A stretch of DNA of 64,000 nt, taken from positions 8,186,001-8,250,000 of the forward strand of contig NC_045697.1 in assembly GCF_009834535.1 (NCBI RefSeq), in the 5' to 3' direction. Numbering within the stretch: the first letter of the stretch is position 1; every line of letters starts with the position of its first letter. The position numbers were made by a program, and so were the translations under genes. Below the pieces are notes generated by a model that was not told the origin of the DNA, made no database searches, and worked only from the letters and a program-made list of their open reading frames with translations. Shown here piece after piece: positions 50,569-62,764 of the stretch. The DNA comes from Camelus ferus (lineage: Eukaryota).

Positions 50569-51159
50569 TGTGGCAACTCACATGTCTGGGGTCAAGATGT
50601 GAAGGACAGAAAGAGAGAATAAAAAAATGAGGTTTTCTCTACCTTCTTGGAAGCATATCTTGTCTGACCAAAAAGGAAGATTACACTTCTTCAGAATTTT
50701 AGGTATTTGCTGCCATATGAGAGAATTAATATTTTTAATGGAGTGTTTAGCCCATTCTTTCTGGCCATCAAGAAGTTAGTTTTCAGTACTTGAGCCAGAT
50801 CAAGAGTGCTTCTCCTGGAGTTCTCTCTGCCCACACCAGTCCCCACTTCCAAGTCCTGAGCTGTGTTGCATAGCTGTGTGTGGCTGGGGGATAGCTTGAG
50901 TGAAAAGTAATTAAAAATCTCACTGATGGTTCAGTGGTACTTTGAATTCTGGTCTTCTCCCTCAAACTTCTGCACCTATTTAATTCTTAGAGTCTGAGGA
51001 GAAACAAAAACAAAAACAAACAAACAAAAAAACCCCAAAACTTCCCCATGCATTCTGTCCAGGTTCCATAGTTGCATTCCACGGGATAGCAAGTGTGGAG
51101 TATGCCTACTCCGTCTTACTCATATCTGAAACTCTTGCATTGCTTTTAAAAAAATTACT

Positions 51160-51625
51160 TCCTGTAAGGCCTTTCAAAATGTCCTTCTATATCTAGCCTT
51201 TGCTTACTTCTCTAGCCCTTATCCTTACGAAATTTCAGTCAAATCAAGCTGCTTGCTCTTTCCTACACTGTTGCCATATTGCACAAATCCAGATACACAG
51301 AATAAAATGCTAACAGGACTTCTTGAAATTGTGAAGCACAGAAGCTGTGCAATTTCATCAAGTTTTGACGCTTGTCCTCCCTCATCCTTGTTTGTCTGGT
51401 TAACTCCTTAGACTTTAAGACTTAGATCAAGCTTTGGCTTGAGGTTGAGTTAGGTGTTAATCTTCTGTTTACACTCTCAGTGCTCTGGACTGACTGCTTA
51501 AGAATGCTTATCTGATTAGCTGTGATTTCTCAGTAAGGAATGTGTCTTTTTTTTTTAATCTGTGTATTTCTAGTATCTAGAAGAAAGTGGGTGTTTCATA
51601 AATGTCTGTTGAATAAATGAAGAAA
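51160..51625 (+). mobile_element. L2 3' portion
   Basis: 'ctggttaactccttagact...tctgtgtatttctagtatctag...ataaatgtctgttgaataaatgaa'. Confidence 0.7.
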
Positions 51626-51710
51626 AAAGAAAGGAATGAAAATTTATTGAGTGCTCACTTTATAAATATTTTTCTTATGTAATCTGCACAATCTTAAAAG
51701 AACAGTAATT

Positions 51711-52320
51711 GTATTAGACATGTTTTGCAAGTGACTGTCCTTCACATTTCCTGTCCATAAACCTTGTGAAAGGTGAGTTGCCCTAACCCACAGCCTCTGC
51801 TGTCACAGACAATTGGATCAGGGTGGGCATTTGCTCGAGTTCAGCTTACCAAGAGGCTGACTAACATCCTATGGCTGGAAAGAAAAATATGAGCTAAGCC
51901 AATCATCATTAGCTTTCAAGAATTCTGGAATTAGGAAACTGAGAGAATGTAGCCAGCTGGAGCCAAAAGGCTACATACAGTTGGGATTAGGGTGACAAGA
52001 AGGGTTTTGTCCAACCTGATCAAATCAAAGAAATTATTTTATAAGGAGGAGACAGTGAGTACATATAGAAAAACAAGACACTTTGGGACCTTGGGAGAGA
52101 GACCCTGATGAGAGAGCAAAAATAAATAAATAAATAAAAACAGAGAGAGACAAAGAGACAGAGAGACAGAGATTATTTCCTAACTGCTTTCTGTTCACAG
52201 CACTCAGTAACTCACTATACACACAAAAATCCTTAAACTTAGATTCTCTTGGGACCCACAGTAGTATAAGTATCACCAGCCCCAGAGGATACATTTTATT
52301 TTATTTAAGCAAAACACTGT
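51711..52320 (+). mobile_element. Old ERVL-type LTR (LTR33/LTR67B-like)
   Basis: 'aattggatcagggtgggcatttg...gagctaagccaatca...aagaattctggaatt'. Family uncertain. Confidence 0.45.
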
Positions 52321-52321
52321 A

Positions 52322-52640
52322 GACCCTTCCCTTTGCCAGTGATTGGACTAGGCAGGGGAAGCGAATAGAATCCTGGCCAGTATGTGCGAAAGCTAGTCAG
52401 CGGGGGATTTCTGGGAAAAGGTTTTCTTTAAACTGAAAAGAGACACTAAAAGGAGATACAGTAATTCCCCTTCTTTCACGAGAAGTAAAAGTGGGAAAGT
52501 GTCAAAACAGACACATGGAAAGGAATTACATTATTGATGCCGCTGGCTGGCTTAATTTTACCCAAACTGGAGCTGCCCTGCATGTTACTACCTCCTTAGT
52601 TTTTAAGCCCCCTGAGGAGCAGCTTGCTATTACTTGCAAA
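52322..52640 (+). mobile_element. MLT1J/K-like LTR
   Basis: 'ttgccagtgattggactagg...tcctggcca...gggatttctgggaaaagg...ctattacttgcaaagcatcctaa'. Confidence 0.65.
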
Positions 52641-52779
52641 GCATCCTAATTAAAATAATACATCCTGCTTTTTCTCCTATGACTGCAGATCAGCTGCTCC
52701 TCTTCAAGCCCACATTCTCCACCCTGCTGCCCATGCAGAGACTTTGCACTTGAAAATTTCCATTCTCTTTTTTTGCAAG

Positions 52780-54165
52780 CTGTTTCTCCCTCTTGACCAA
52801 CTATGTTTCATCAGCCGATATACACAATTATACTCACTCTATCTTAAAACGTAACTCTCCCTTGAAGCCATTTCCCCCTGTAGCTCTAACTGCATATGCC
52901 TGCTCCCCACCAGAGCAGAACGCTGAAAAGTTGGCTGTCGCTGCTGTTTTCAGGGTCATTCATACCCTCCCCAGGGGAGGACTCTTCCGAAAATCCACAA
53001 TGGCCTCTGTGTCCTGCTACCATAGTTCACCACTATTTCACTTCTCCTTTTTGTAGAGATAGTTTCTTCTGTTCCCTTCTCCCTTATCACATTGACCTAG
53101 TCCTTCTCCCTCCTCACTGGCCGTTCCTTCTTCCATTTATTCCTTGCTGGCTCCTCCTTCTCTTCATTCGTCCTTTCAGAGGCTCAGAGCCTGAGCCCCT
53201 TTCTTGTCTGTGTCCACACAATCTCCAGAGACAAAGGCCATCAGTCACCTAGACTTAAATACCATCTAGGGCCACCTCCCACTTCACGTTAGCAAGTCCT
53301 TCCTGAAAACCAGGAACAAAAATGCTGACTGGGAGGCTATTACCCATTATTTTAAATAGGAAAAAAAAAAATTACAGTGTGTCACGTGTCAATCTCAAGC
53401 CCACAACCAATTTTCTAAAACACAATAAAAGGATTGTGTACAAGTAATGAACTATTATGCTAGGACACAAAGTTGTTAAAATAGTGGCCCCTGCTCAGCA
53501 AACCATTAAAATGATGCTGACAGGTAACTGCTTTGTATTCAGTAGCATGACCTCTCTACTATCTAAGTAACACACTGTCCAAGTAAGATCCCCATTTGTT
53601 AAAGCTTAGGAAACTTTAAAATAGTTGCCTGTTTGTGTGTATCTGCCTCCCAGAATTTCCCAGGTACCTCTGACATCTTCCTACATTCAACATAAATATC
53701 CAACTCCATATGATCTTGTCTCACTTTCTCTTTCTCTGTCTCTCTCTCTCCCTTATGCACACACACACGCACACACACAAGCAAGCCTATTTCTCTCCTA
53801 ATCCTCCCCTAAGTAGCCAAAGTCACCATCATCCAACAAGACATTTAAAGCAAAAATCTAGGCATAATCCCTGATCCCTCTTTCCACTCAATGCCAATAT
53901 TTGAGCTATCAGTCAAGCTTGTCAATCGTATACACAAAGTATGTCCTGTATTAACTCCATCTCCTACTTCCGCTAAAACCTCATAAAATCATGAAGTTGG
54001 AACAATAATTTTCGCCTGTCAGGGTTACCGAAAAAGACTCCAGAGTGATCTCTCTGTGTTGCCCCTTGCTCCTCTACCACTAAGTTTTCCAATGAGCAGC
54101 CAGACAATCTAATCTTCTTAAAACATTCCAAAGGCTTCCTAATGTTCACAGGATAAAACAAATCC
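52780..54165 (+). mobile_element. LINE-2 fragments (52780-53280 and 53640-54165)
   Basis: 'ccttctccctcctcactggccgttccttc', 'cttaaataccatcta', 'caaaaatctaggcataatccctgat', 'ttccaaaggcttcctaatgttcacaggataaa'. Confidence 0.7.
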
Positions 54166-54329
54166 CCAAGTCCAAGTGGTGTAGGGGATGGTGTCAGGGA
54201 GAGGGGTCCTCAGGCCCCCTTCCCTCAGCATCAGTGTTCACCCCACCTCGAGGACCCCAGAGTTGCTGCTCCGCCCAGGTCCCCAAGACCCCACAGAAGG
54301 TGCTGTGAAAATCCTGATTTTCAAAATGA

Positions 54330-54850
54330 AATGAACATGCAAAAATTATTAAAATGTTAAAAACGTATCATAACAATATTATAACACTCACAACATCAAA
54401 AATGTAAAATGCATTGGAATAAATCTAATAAAATGTGCCTAAGAATTTCACAGAGAATATCTGTTAAACTTATACCAATAAAAAAATAATAAACTTACAT
54501 AGAGATAGAAAACATGATCACAGGTTAAAAGATTGCATATAATGAAGATGTCAGAGCTCCTGAAATAAAGCTATTTTAAATGTAATTACAATAAAAATAT
54601 CAATAGAAATTTCAACAAAGCTTAAAAACTCACCCTAAAATTAATTGGAAAATGAATTGCCAAGATAACCAACATGAATTTTTAAAAAAGAGGGGAATTG
54701 GCAACTAGATATCAATATTTTTTTTAAGATGTAGCTATTAAATATGAGGTAAGAGTGAATGGTTAAATAGATCAGTATTTCACAGCCCAGTAACAGGTGT
54801 GTACGTATGTTGTATGTGTGCAGATATGTAATTGGACATATAACAGACAG
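54330..54850 (+). mobile_element. Old L1M ORF2 fragment
   Basis: 'ggaataaatctaataaaatgtg...aagatgtcag...ctaaaattaattggaaa...ccaagataacca'. Confidence 0.7.
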
Positions 54851-55229
54851 CTGATCATTGGTATTTAATAGGGTATTAAACACATTTGATTAACTGAATA
54901 AATGAGCAGGGAAGATCATAGTTACGTTCATTGTGGCTCATCTAGACCACTCTACCTAACTGGTGCTCCGGGATAGCTACCCAATTTAACATTCCTTCTT
55001 TAGAAGGAAGGAAACAAAATATCTAGATGAGAGTAGAGCAGGTGAAAGTTACAAAGAACAAAGACTGACTAAAAGAACTGGATACTTAAGCGAACAAGGA
55101 GAGAGGCTTACAAATCATAGGATAATTGTCCACCGGCATTTCGGCTGAGCCAGGATCCCTGCCGACAACTAAATGGACGTCGACTTTGTCTCAGTGGGTA
55201 ATGACAGCACATTTTCATAACTGGAGGAC

Positions 55230-55615
55230 ATGTGGGGGTTAAGGAAATAGCAAAGGTTTGGATTCAGACAGTCAGGTTCAAATCACCCTGGCGTGACCTG
55301 GGACCAGTCACTAAAGCTCTCTGGGACTTTATTTTTCTTGTCATTAAATTCAGGATGATCAGATGCAGCAAAACATAGCAGTAAGAAGTGTGGATTCTGG
55401 ATCCCACTTCCTGTATTCAAATCCACTCTTAGCTGTGCAAACTTGAGCAGGTTGTTCAACCTCTCTGAGCCTCAGTTTCATTATCCATAAAACAGAGAAA
55501 TAAGAGTAACTATCTCATAGGGTGTTTGGAAAGATTAAATAACAATGTATGTAACACACGCAGAAGAATGTCTGTTTCATAGAAACCCTTGAGAGTGGTA
55601 ATAATAGCAGTAGTA
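55230..55615 (+). mobile_element. Two adjacent MIRs
   Basis: 'gtgacctgggaccagtcact' and 'aacctctctgagcctcagtttcattatccataaaacag...gaaagattaaataac'. Confidence 0.8.
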
Positions 55616-55749
55616 AAACCTACTCCAAGTGTTCTGATGAGGGGCACATAAAATGATAGATGCCAAGCTTTGGGCACAAGTGCATGAAATAGCTGAAGTG
55701 TCCTATCAAGGTGATTTCCCTTCTTTTCCTTAAGCTGTCCACAAAAGGA

Positions 55750-55912
55750 ACAAATGCCCCTCTAGAGGTGGTGAGTTCCCCATCAGCAGAAGTGTTCAAG
55801 CAGAAGTTGGTTAACCACATCTCCAGAATGTTACAGTGATGCATTTGAGACTAGGTAGAGACCAGGATTAGGCGATCCCTGAGCTTCCCTTCAAATTCAA
55901 GGTTCCATGATT
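55750..55912 (+). mobile_element. L3/CR1 3' end
   Basis: 'gaggtggtgagttccccatcagcagaagtgttcaagcagaagttgg...cccttcaaattcaaggttccatgatt'. Confidence 0.75.
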
Positions 55913-56038
55913 AAGCTGGAACCTTTAGGAAAGTCTGTCAAAAGGGAATTGTGGGTAACCAAAACTGTCCCGAAATTTCCAGCTCATTTTCCAGGATAAA
56001 TGCATCCCCCATCTCCCTACACAGCACACCAAATATTA

Positions 56039-56065
56039 ACACACACACACACACACACACACACA
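56039..56065. repeat. (CA)n microsatellite
   Basis: Read directly from the sequence. Confidence 0.95.
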
Positions 56066-56599
56066 AAACACATGCATGTACACAGAGGCATCATTCATAT
56101 GTCGTAACATAAATCTTTTCACCACAATGACCGCGGTTGTCAGTGAAAGAAATACTCTTGTTCAGTCCAATGCACTTGGGTAGCCCAAATAAACAATGGT
56201 ATAATACCCAGCATTTATTCAGCACCCTCTGGGGCAAGGGCTCACACTTTATACATATTTCTCGTTTATCATGGCCACATTCCTGGGAGACAGGCTGCCC
56301 CTCAGAGAGGCAACGGGGTTGGGCTTTTGACTTCAAGCCTGGCTGATGGAGACATTGCTTTCCGCATGTTAGACCGTGCGGTACTTAAATGTCCTTCAGC
56401 CTTCCTGGGCCTCGTTAAGTGGCCCTTCGTGACAGACTTCTGATGCCGCACTGGGAGTCACAGCGCCTCCGGTCTCCACTGTAACACATCACCACTGGGC
56501 CTTCCACCCTGGTGGGTTGAGAACAGCCAGAAGAGTCTGAATGACAGCTTTGTGCTGTCTTTCAGCAAGAGCGCCCCCTTGAGTGTATTTGGACGCAGC

Positions 56600-56820
56600 T
56601 CTGGAGCAAGCAGCAGGAGCTTGGAAGGTCAAGTGAATCCTAGCCTGTGCCAGTTATAAGCTATGTGACCTTAGGAAACGCCTTAACCTCTCTTAGCCAC
56701 TGGACTGAGAAAACAGGCGCCTTAAGACACAACTTGCTAGGCTGCTATGACGCTAACATAGAATAAAGCATGTGAGTTCCTTGGCATGGGGTGGAACTTG
56801 AATTAAAAGGATCTATTACT
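56600..56820 (+). mobile_element. MIR
   Basis: 'gaatcctagcctgtgcca...agctatgtgaccttagg...cttaacctctcttagcc'. Confidence 0.75.
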
Positions 56821-56875
56821 TTATAGGCATCATCTTGCCTCCAGGTTGCCGAGATCCCTGTTCCTGCACATCCGG

Positions 56876-57231
56876 TGTTATGCACCCTCCCCCACCAAAT
56901 TCACGGGTTGAAGTCCTCACCCCCAGTACTTCCAAATATGACTGTGTTTGGAGATGGGGTCTTTAAAGAGGTACTTAAGATAAAATGAGGCTATTCCTGG
57001 GGACCCTAATACAACATGGCTGGCATCCTTATCAGAAGAGGAGATTGGGACAGATAAACACAGAGGAAAGGCCATGTGAGGGCACAGGAGGCGACAACCA
57101 TGGACAAGCCACGCTGAGGGCCCCCGGGGGAAGCCGACCCTGCCAACGCCCTGATCTCAGGTTTGCAGCCCCCAGGACTGTGAGATGATGCATTTCTGTT
57201 GCCGGGCTGTGGCAGCCCTAGCCGACTGGTA
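56876..57231 (+). mobile_element. MLT1B/C-like LTR
   Basis: 'gttgaagtcctcacccccagtac...gtgtttggagatggggtctttaaagagg...caggactgtgagatgatgcatttctgttg'. Confidence 0.9.
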
Positions 57232-58509
57232 CCTCCAGTCTGAGTCTACAGCCATAGATAAGCCCCCAACCTCAGGTCGCAAGATCCCGTTGAAAGACGG
57301 GGTTGGTAATGCCCAAGGCTCAGGAGGACAAATAAGGAAACAGAAGCTGCGATTACGAGCAGGAACCCAGTCAAATAAGCCCGGGGGTGAGAAAGCAAAG
57401 TCCAACCGGTCCCTCTGTCAGTGGATGAACCAGAAAGGTCGCCGGCTCGGGTCAGAGGTCAGAGTGTAAACCCCACCTGCACCAGGTTTAGCTGTGGAGA
57501 CTTCGATAGCCACTTATTTTTATATGCTTCAACCTTGCTTGGTGAATTCACCTATCTTCCACACCAGGCCATCCTTAACAACCTAAAGCGGGTTAACAAG
57601 CCTCACACATTCAGCTCAAGTTACTGGTTTCCTTCGCTTACTGGTTTATACTAGACAAATTGTTAAGCGGTCCTCAGATGTGTAGAACTTTGAGGTTCCA
57701 TCTGGAGTTATTCTCAAGCCTTCAGTTCGGAGTTAGGAGAAAAGATAAACTTGCTTCTCAGTGAACATCACTATTATTACAGAAGAGAAGAGATGTCCCA
57801 GGGTCACAGCGAAGGGGCCATTCGTCTCGGCGTTTTCTACTCAGATGTCTTACAGGGGAGCAGACGATAAATAATGTTTTAATGAATAGCCAAACTGCAT
57901 CCCGCATGTTTTTACATAGTTGATGTAAAATAAATGTTGAGCTGAATGATGTGCATAACCCTTGAGCTCATATTTTCAGGAAAAAAAAATTCTTTCTGGA
58001 GACACAACAATATGTTTGTTGAGAATTAATAGTCAACCTCACTCATCAGCACAAAAATCAGGGCTACCCTAATGTCATCCATAGCAAGTGGGCCTAAAAC
58101 TTCTCAAATTTTGTTCCTGATCTGCTTTGCTTTAACAAGCATCTTTCCTTCTAACTTAGGGAGTGTAGAGGAGTTCCTATGCTTATTTAAGGACAAGTCT
58201 GACATTTTATGTGATGCTAATTTCTTATTATAGTTAATTTCCTATCAAAATCATTTGCTACCTACCTTGTGAGTTTTGGGAACTAATTAACGTGTTTCAA
58301 ATGCTATAAGTTTCTGAGATAGAGTCCCATAAAAATTTCATGTTGTTATTATATCCTGATTCAATAAAAATTGTCAGAAAAAAAGATGCCTTTGGAGGGC
58401 ACTTTAATGCCTCTGGGACTTGATCACAAATGCAAAGTAAATCCTATCCCGCATTTTCTCCTGGTACATTTAAGAATCCTTCAGGCCAGCCTCACATGGG
58501 GAAAGGTCT

Positions 58510-58680
58510 TGAGTTTGATGCTTAAAGAGCTCTGGGTCCACATCCAAGTTTGGTAACTAAAGTGACTCAGAGGTGTTACTTCACATGTGTCGGCCTCAGT
58601 TTCCATTTTCTTAACTGGTAAGTTCAAAATGGTAATAAAATCAACCTCACAGGACCACTGTGCAAAGCAGACAATAGCCG
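58510..58680 (+). mobile_element. MIR
   Basis: 'gttacttcacatgtgtcggcctcagtttcc...aatggtaataaaatcaacctcacagga'. Confidence 0.7.
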
Positions 58681-58834
58681 GCAGGCACTGAGGGTGCGGC
58701 TTACGTGGCAGATCGGAGTGTGTGACCCCCTCCCGGTTTAGAAGCAGGGCTGTTAAGCAAAAACTTACGGCTGTTACTTAGTAGTCATTAGTCCCTCCTT
58801 TAGATCCAGGAGTGGTGACCATTTGACTAAGTCC

Positions 58835-58982
58835 TCAAGTCTATGTTAAGCACTCACTATGTCGTGGCTGCCCTCAGAAGCTCCTAAATTAGCCTAGAAG
58901 GAAGCTTAGTGACAGGGCAGTGCCTTCAAAGCTGTGTTAACTATTTTAGGCGGTGGGGTCCAAGCAGCAAATAAAAATAGAA

Positions 58983-59029
<47 letters not shown>

Positions 59030-59245
59030 CCCTTGCAAAGCTTACAGCTCAGCGGAGAAGACAGACATACACCAGGTGAATAAGTGAACATATAACATGG
59101 TAATAGTGATCAGTGCTAAGGTGAGAAAGACGAGAAAATGAACCGAGAGTGCCGGGGTGGGTGATGGGTGGCAATTTCAGTGGTACAGCCAGAGATACCT
59201 CACCAGCAAGATGGCACTGATGTGCGTGTATGAAGGAAGTGAGGT
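58835..59245 (-). mobile_element. L2 fragment around a (CA)n repeat
   Basis: 'taagcactcactatgt', 'cccttgcaaagcttacagctcagcggagaagacagacat...agtgatcagtgcta'. Confidence 0.6.
58987..59026. repeat. (CA)n microsatellite
   Basis: Read directly from the sequence. Confidence 0.98.
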
Positions 59246-60659
59246 CTTTAATCGTATGTCACCTTCTCGGTGACAGGTTATGACAAGTGCCATAAGACAC
59301 TGCCAAGAGAGTGGAACCGTATCAGAGGTCCTGGCGTTGGTGGGGGGGGGGTGTTCCCTTCACAGTGCCCACGTCACACCCGTTCATTCACCCCTGGAAA
59401 AGAGTCAGGGTCATTTTAGAACCTGTTCTCTGTGCTCACCCGGTGGCCAGTAACACCGGGAGCTAATAGTGGGGAAGGGCTTTGAAGACTGTTCACTTCA
59501 TGGCTGCAGGATCCGTACCTGAAATATTTAGAAGCACACAGTTAGGTTGGTAATGTTGAGAACATCAGGTTAGTCCTCCCCATCGTGGTAATCTTGGGGT
59601 TTTCAAACACATCCGCATGTAACTTGCTGAGATTGGGAGCCTGGAGGGACTTCTGAAGACCGGTCTAACGTGGTCAGTCTGTGCTGTGAAATGGACCCAG
59701 GGCGCACCGCCAAAGAGCCACAGAAAATAAGCGCTCAGAAGCAAAGTGCCCGTTCTCTCCGGTTTTCCTCTGGAAAAATTTGTGTGGCTCAGACATCCCA
59801 TCCCCATAGGGGACTCAACCCTGGAGGATAACACACAAGACATGATAGATTTCAGCTTCCTCATTCCTTCAGCTGAAGCCGGCTCTGCCGTCCGCTGAGC
59901 GGTCTCACCTGGGCCTGCAGGGGTTGTGAGAAAGAACCGGTTATAAGAAATTTCCCCTTAGGGCTGGGTGGCCTGTACAGCTGGGGTTTCTGTACAGCAC
60001 GACTGTGGTTTCTGCGAGCTCTGAAGATTGCCAGAATGCTTGCAGGGATTAAAAACAGGAAATCCAATGATCCACATAAATGATATTTTCCTAATGGTAA
60101 TGTTCCACGCATTTAAAGGACACAAACCCTAGAATTGTGCAGGGGGACGGGACCCCTCCTGGTCTTCCTTTCCTGTCAATAACTCCACTATGTGAGTCCG
60201 ATGTCATTTTTTTTACACCCACTCAACAGTGGGACATGTCAACTTATGCAGTTTGGGCACTCAGAGTGTTGTGTTTCCTGCTTGTCCCAAACTTGTGGGG
60301 TCATTCCATGGATGACCGCACACCAAAGCAGTTTCAGAGGTGTGCAGATAAATTTCAAATTTGTTACACTATCAAGTGTCCCAGTCTCAGAATTTTGTGT
60401 TCGACTTTATTATCCAGACAGTTCCCTGGGAGTCTACAGAGCAGACACCCTGCAGGGTCCTCTGGGGATGAGTGAAGGGGGAAAGCTGTGCACCCGACTT
60501 GCTGGTAGCTTTTTATCCAGCACGCAATTTCGATTCAAAGTATTTCGTTCTCTGACAGGAGTAAAAGCCAGCAGAAAATTTCCAAAGGCCAATTTGTACA
60601 CACGATCAAGAGCCCTGAAAAATATTTTCGTTCTTTAAATTAGCTAATCTGTTAGAAAT

Positions 60660-61080
60660 CAGCCCTATAGAAGTTCTTAGAGGTATGTGTATAAAGATTT
60701 TCATTGTACCACTAGTCACGTTCTAAGAAAAATGGGAAAAATAAAAATATTCAATTAAGGGGAATAATGAATGAATTTTGATCCATCAATAAAAGGCGTG
60801 ATTACATAACCACTAAAATACGTTTTTCAAGACTATACAACACCAAAAAAAGTTATTTGCTATAAATAGCATTGTAGGAAAAAATCGATACAAAATTATA
60901 CATGCATAGAAAGATTTCACATTTTTGTCCTTGACAGATGGTACGTGTACACAGCTGTATGTCTATTCACGTATTCAGAAGATGACAGCAGATGTCTCTG
61001 GGTGGTACTGTCAGTGATATGCATTTTATTCTTGAATGGAACTGTTTTTTTCCCTCAGTACAAAACATCATATTACATCA
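60660..61080 (+). mobile_element. L1ME-type 3' end
   Basis: 'tatgtgtataaagattttcattgtacc...taaggggaataatgaatgaatt...tctctgggtggt'. Confidence 0.6.
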
Positions 61081-61114
61081 TACTATGCCACGCTGTCTCA
61101 CAGTGATGTGAATC

Positions 61115-61335
61115 TGGGATAGGCGCACTACAGACCGCGGTCCACATCCAGCCCATGGTCTGTTTTTGTCAATAAAGTTTTATTGGAACACAGCCACAGT
61201 CATTTATTTACATATTGTCTCTAGCTGCTTTGGGGCAACAAGAGAGTTGAGTAATGGTCACAGAGGCCGTATGACTCAGTCTTAAAGCTTAAAACTTGTA
61301 CTCTATGGCCCTTAGAAAAAAATTTGCCAATCTGA
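61115..61335 (+). mobile_element. MER58A (hAT-Charlie)
   Basis: 'tctgtttttgtcaataaagttttattggaacacagccacagtcatttatttacatattgtct...gagttgagta'. Confidence 0.9.
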
Positions 61336-61356
61336 TCCAGGATATAAATGGGAATC

Positions 61357-61545
61357 AACGATTCTCAGCAGAGGAGATTTCAAGCCTATAGGTGCCATTT
61401 GTCAATGTCTGGAAATAATTTTGGATGTCATAACTAGGAATGCTGGTGGTGGCCACCGTAATTTAATAGATAGCGCAGGACAATTCCCCACAACAAAGAA
61501 CTGTCTGCCCCGGGACATTAACAGTGCTGAGTGTGAGCTACTCTG
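61357..61545 (+). mobile_element. MER20 (hAT-Charlie)
   Basis: 'catttgtcaatgtctggaaataattttggatgtcataact...gcaggaca...cccacaacaaagaactgtctgccc...aacagtgctgag'. Confidence 0.85.
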
Positions 61546-62519
61546 ATGCAGATGAACAGTGAAGCCATTCTAATATTCCCATCAGATTACGAGATCTGAT
61601 CAACCCAACCCTTGTGAGATGATTTCATGAGAGGAACTTTTCACCTTTACTGGTGACAACTGAACTTAGTCCTTTGCCCTCTTGTGCCTTTTTAAAGAAT
61701 ATGTCCCTCGTGTTTATTGCCACCATTTAATCAGTGCTCTTGTTTCTGATCTGAGGAAATCAAGTTATTTTAGGAATAGGTGATCTCCAGAAATAAAATG
61801 TTACAATCACAGTACATAGAGTTCCTTCTGTACATTTTGGAAAAGTAGAGGAAAGAACTATTTAAAAGCTTAAAGATCCCTTTAAATATGTTTTGGGCCC
61901 CCATCTTGTTCAAGGAAGTTGAAATATCTATTTTGAAAGAACAAAGAGAGACTGAAGCAACCACTGGTGTATCACTTTGAGTAACCTTTATAAAGGTTGA
62001 TCAGACTCAATGGTCTTACTTTACGGTGGAAGGATTGGTGACTGTGGTTCTCGGACTATGTGTGTGAAGCCTGGAGGAAGTGGTCACAAGTTCTGCTGGA
62101 GCTCAGCTACCTCTGTCTATGGATACGACTTAAGGGCTCGTCCATATTTCAGATAATATGCATGTAACTCTCTCAGTCTCAGTCTTAATGAGGTGATCGA
62201 TCTTCTATGAGACTGAATGAATACATAGTTCTGAAAGAATTAAAACTAAAGTAAGCAACAGATTATTCACCAACACTCACTACCCTCAGGTCTGAGTAGA
62301 TCTTGAGACACCAGGGTCTCAGGGCAGACCCACAGCTGCCGAGCTCTGTGCCCAAGTTAAGCCCAAGTACAATATGAACAACTTCCTCCTCTGTTCACTG
62401 AAGATCATGAAAGCACACACATAAATCTGAGTAAGGAGTAGTAAGTTACAGAGATACAAATACAGACATCGATGTAGACAGGCATCGTTTGGCATAGAGC
62501 CCAGCTTGCAGTAAGCGGC

Positions 62520-62705
62520 AAGGGCTCTATGAGCACTATCTTTTACCATTTTCCTACTTAAAGTTCAAAATGATTCTGCAAGGGCACCTATTAGACCTAT
62601 ATGTAAGTTGTAGACATTGAAACTCAAAGAGATTAAGCAGTTTACCAGAGTTTACACAGCTAATAAAGAATGAGGTCAACACACCACCATTTTACTCCAA
62701 AAGCC
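62520..62705 (-). mobile_element. MIR
   Basis: 'attgaaactcaaagagattaagcagtttaccagagtttacacagctaataa'. Confidence 0.65.
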
Positions 62706-62714
62706 TGGAAAGGC

Positions 62715-62764
62715 AAAAATAAATAAATAAATAATTAATTAATTAATTAATTAATTAATTAATA
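62715..62764. repeat. (AAAT)n grading into (AATT)n
   Basis: Read directly from the sequence. Confidence 0.95.

Larger units (their letters stand above)
44860..51140 (-). mobile_element. Large old L1 (L1MC-like), from 3'UTR to 5' region, with internal gaps and nested insertions
   Basis: 3' end 44860-45800, antisense ORF2 46645-49200, and ORF1/5' region 49410-51140. The sequence is colinear across the young L1 and SINE insertions. Confidence 0.8.

Noticed and set aside
55754..55772. CTCF-like palindrome cctctagagg
   Set aside because: It lies within an L3/CR1 remnant and matches the consensus poorly.
59257..59275. 7-bp inverted repeat tgtcacc/ggtgaca
   Set aside because: Too short; expected by chance in 64 kb.
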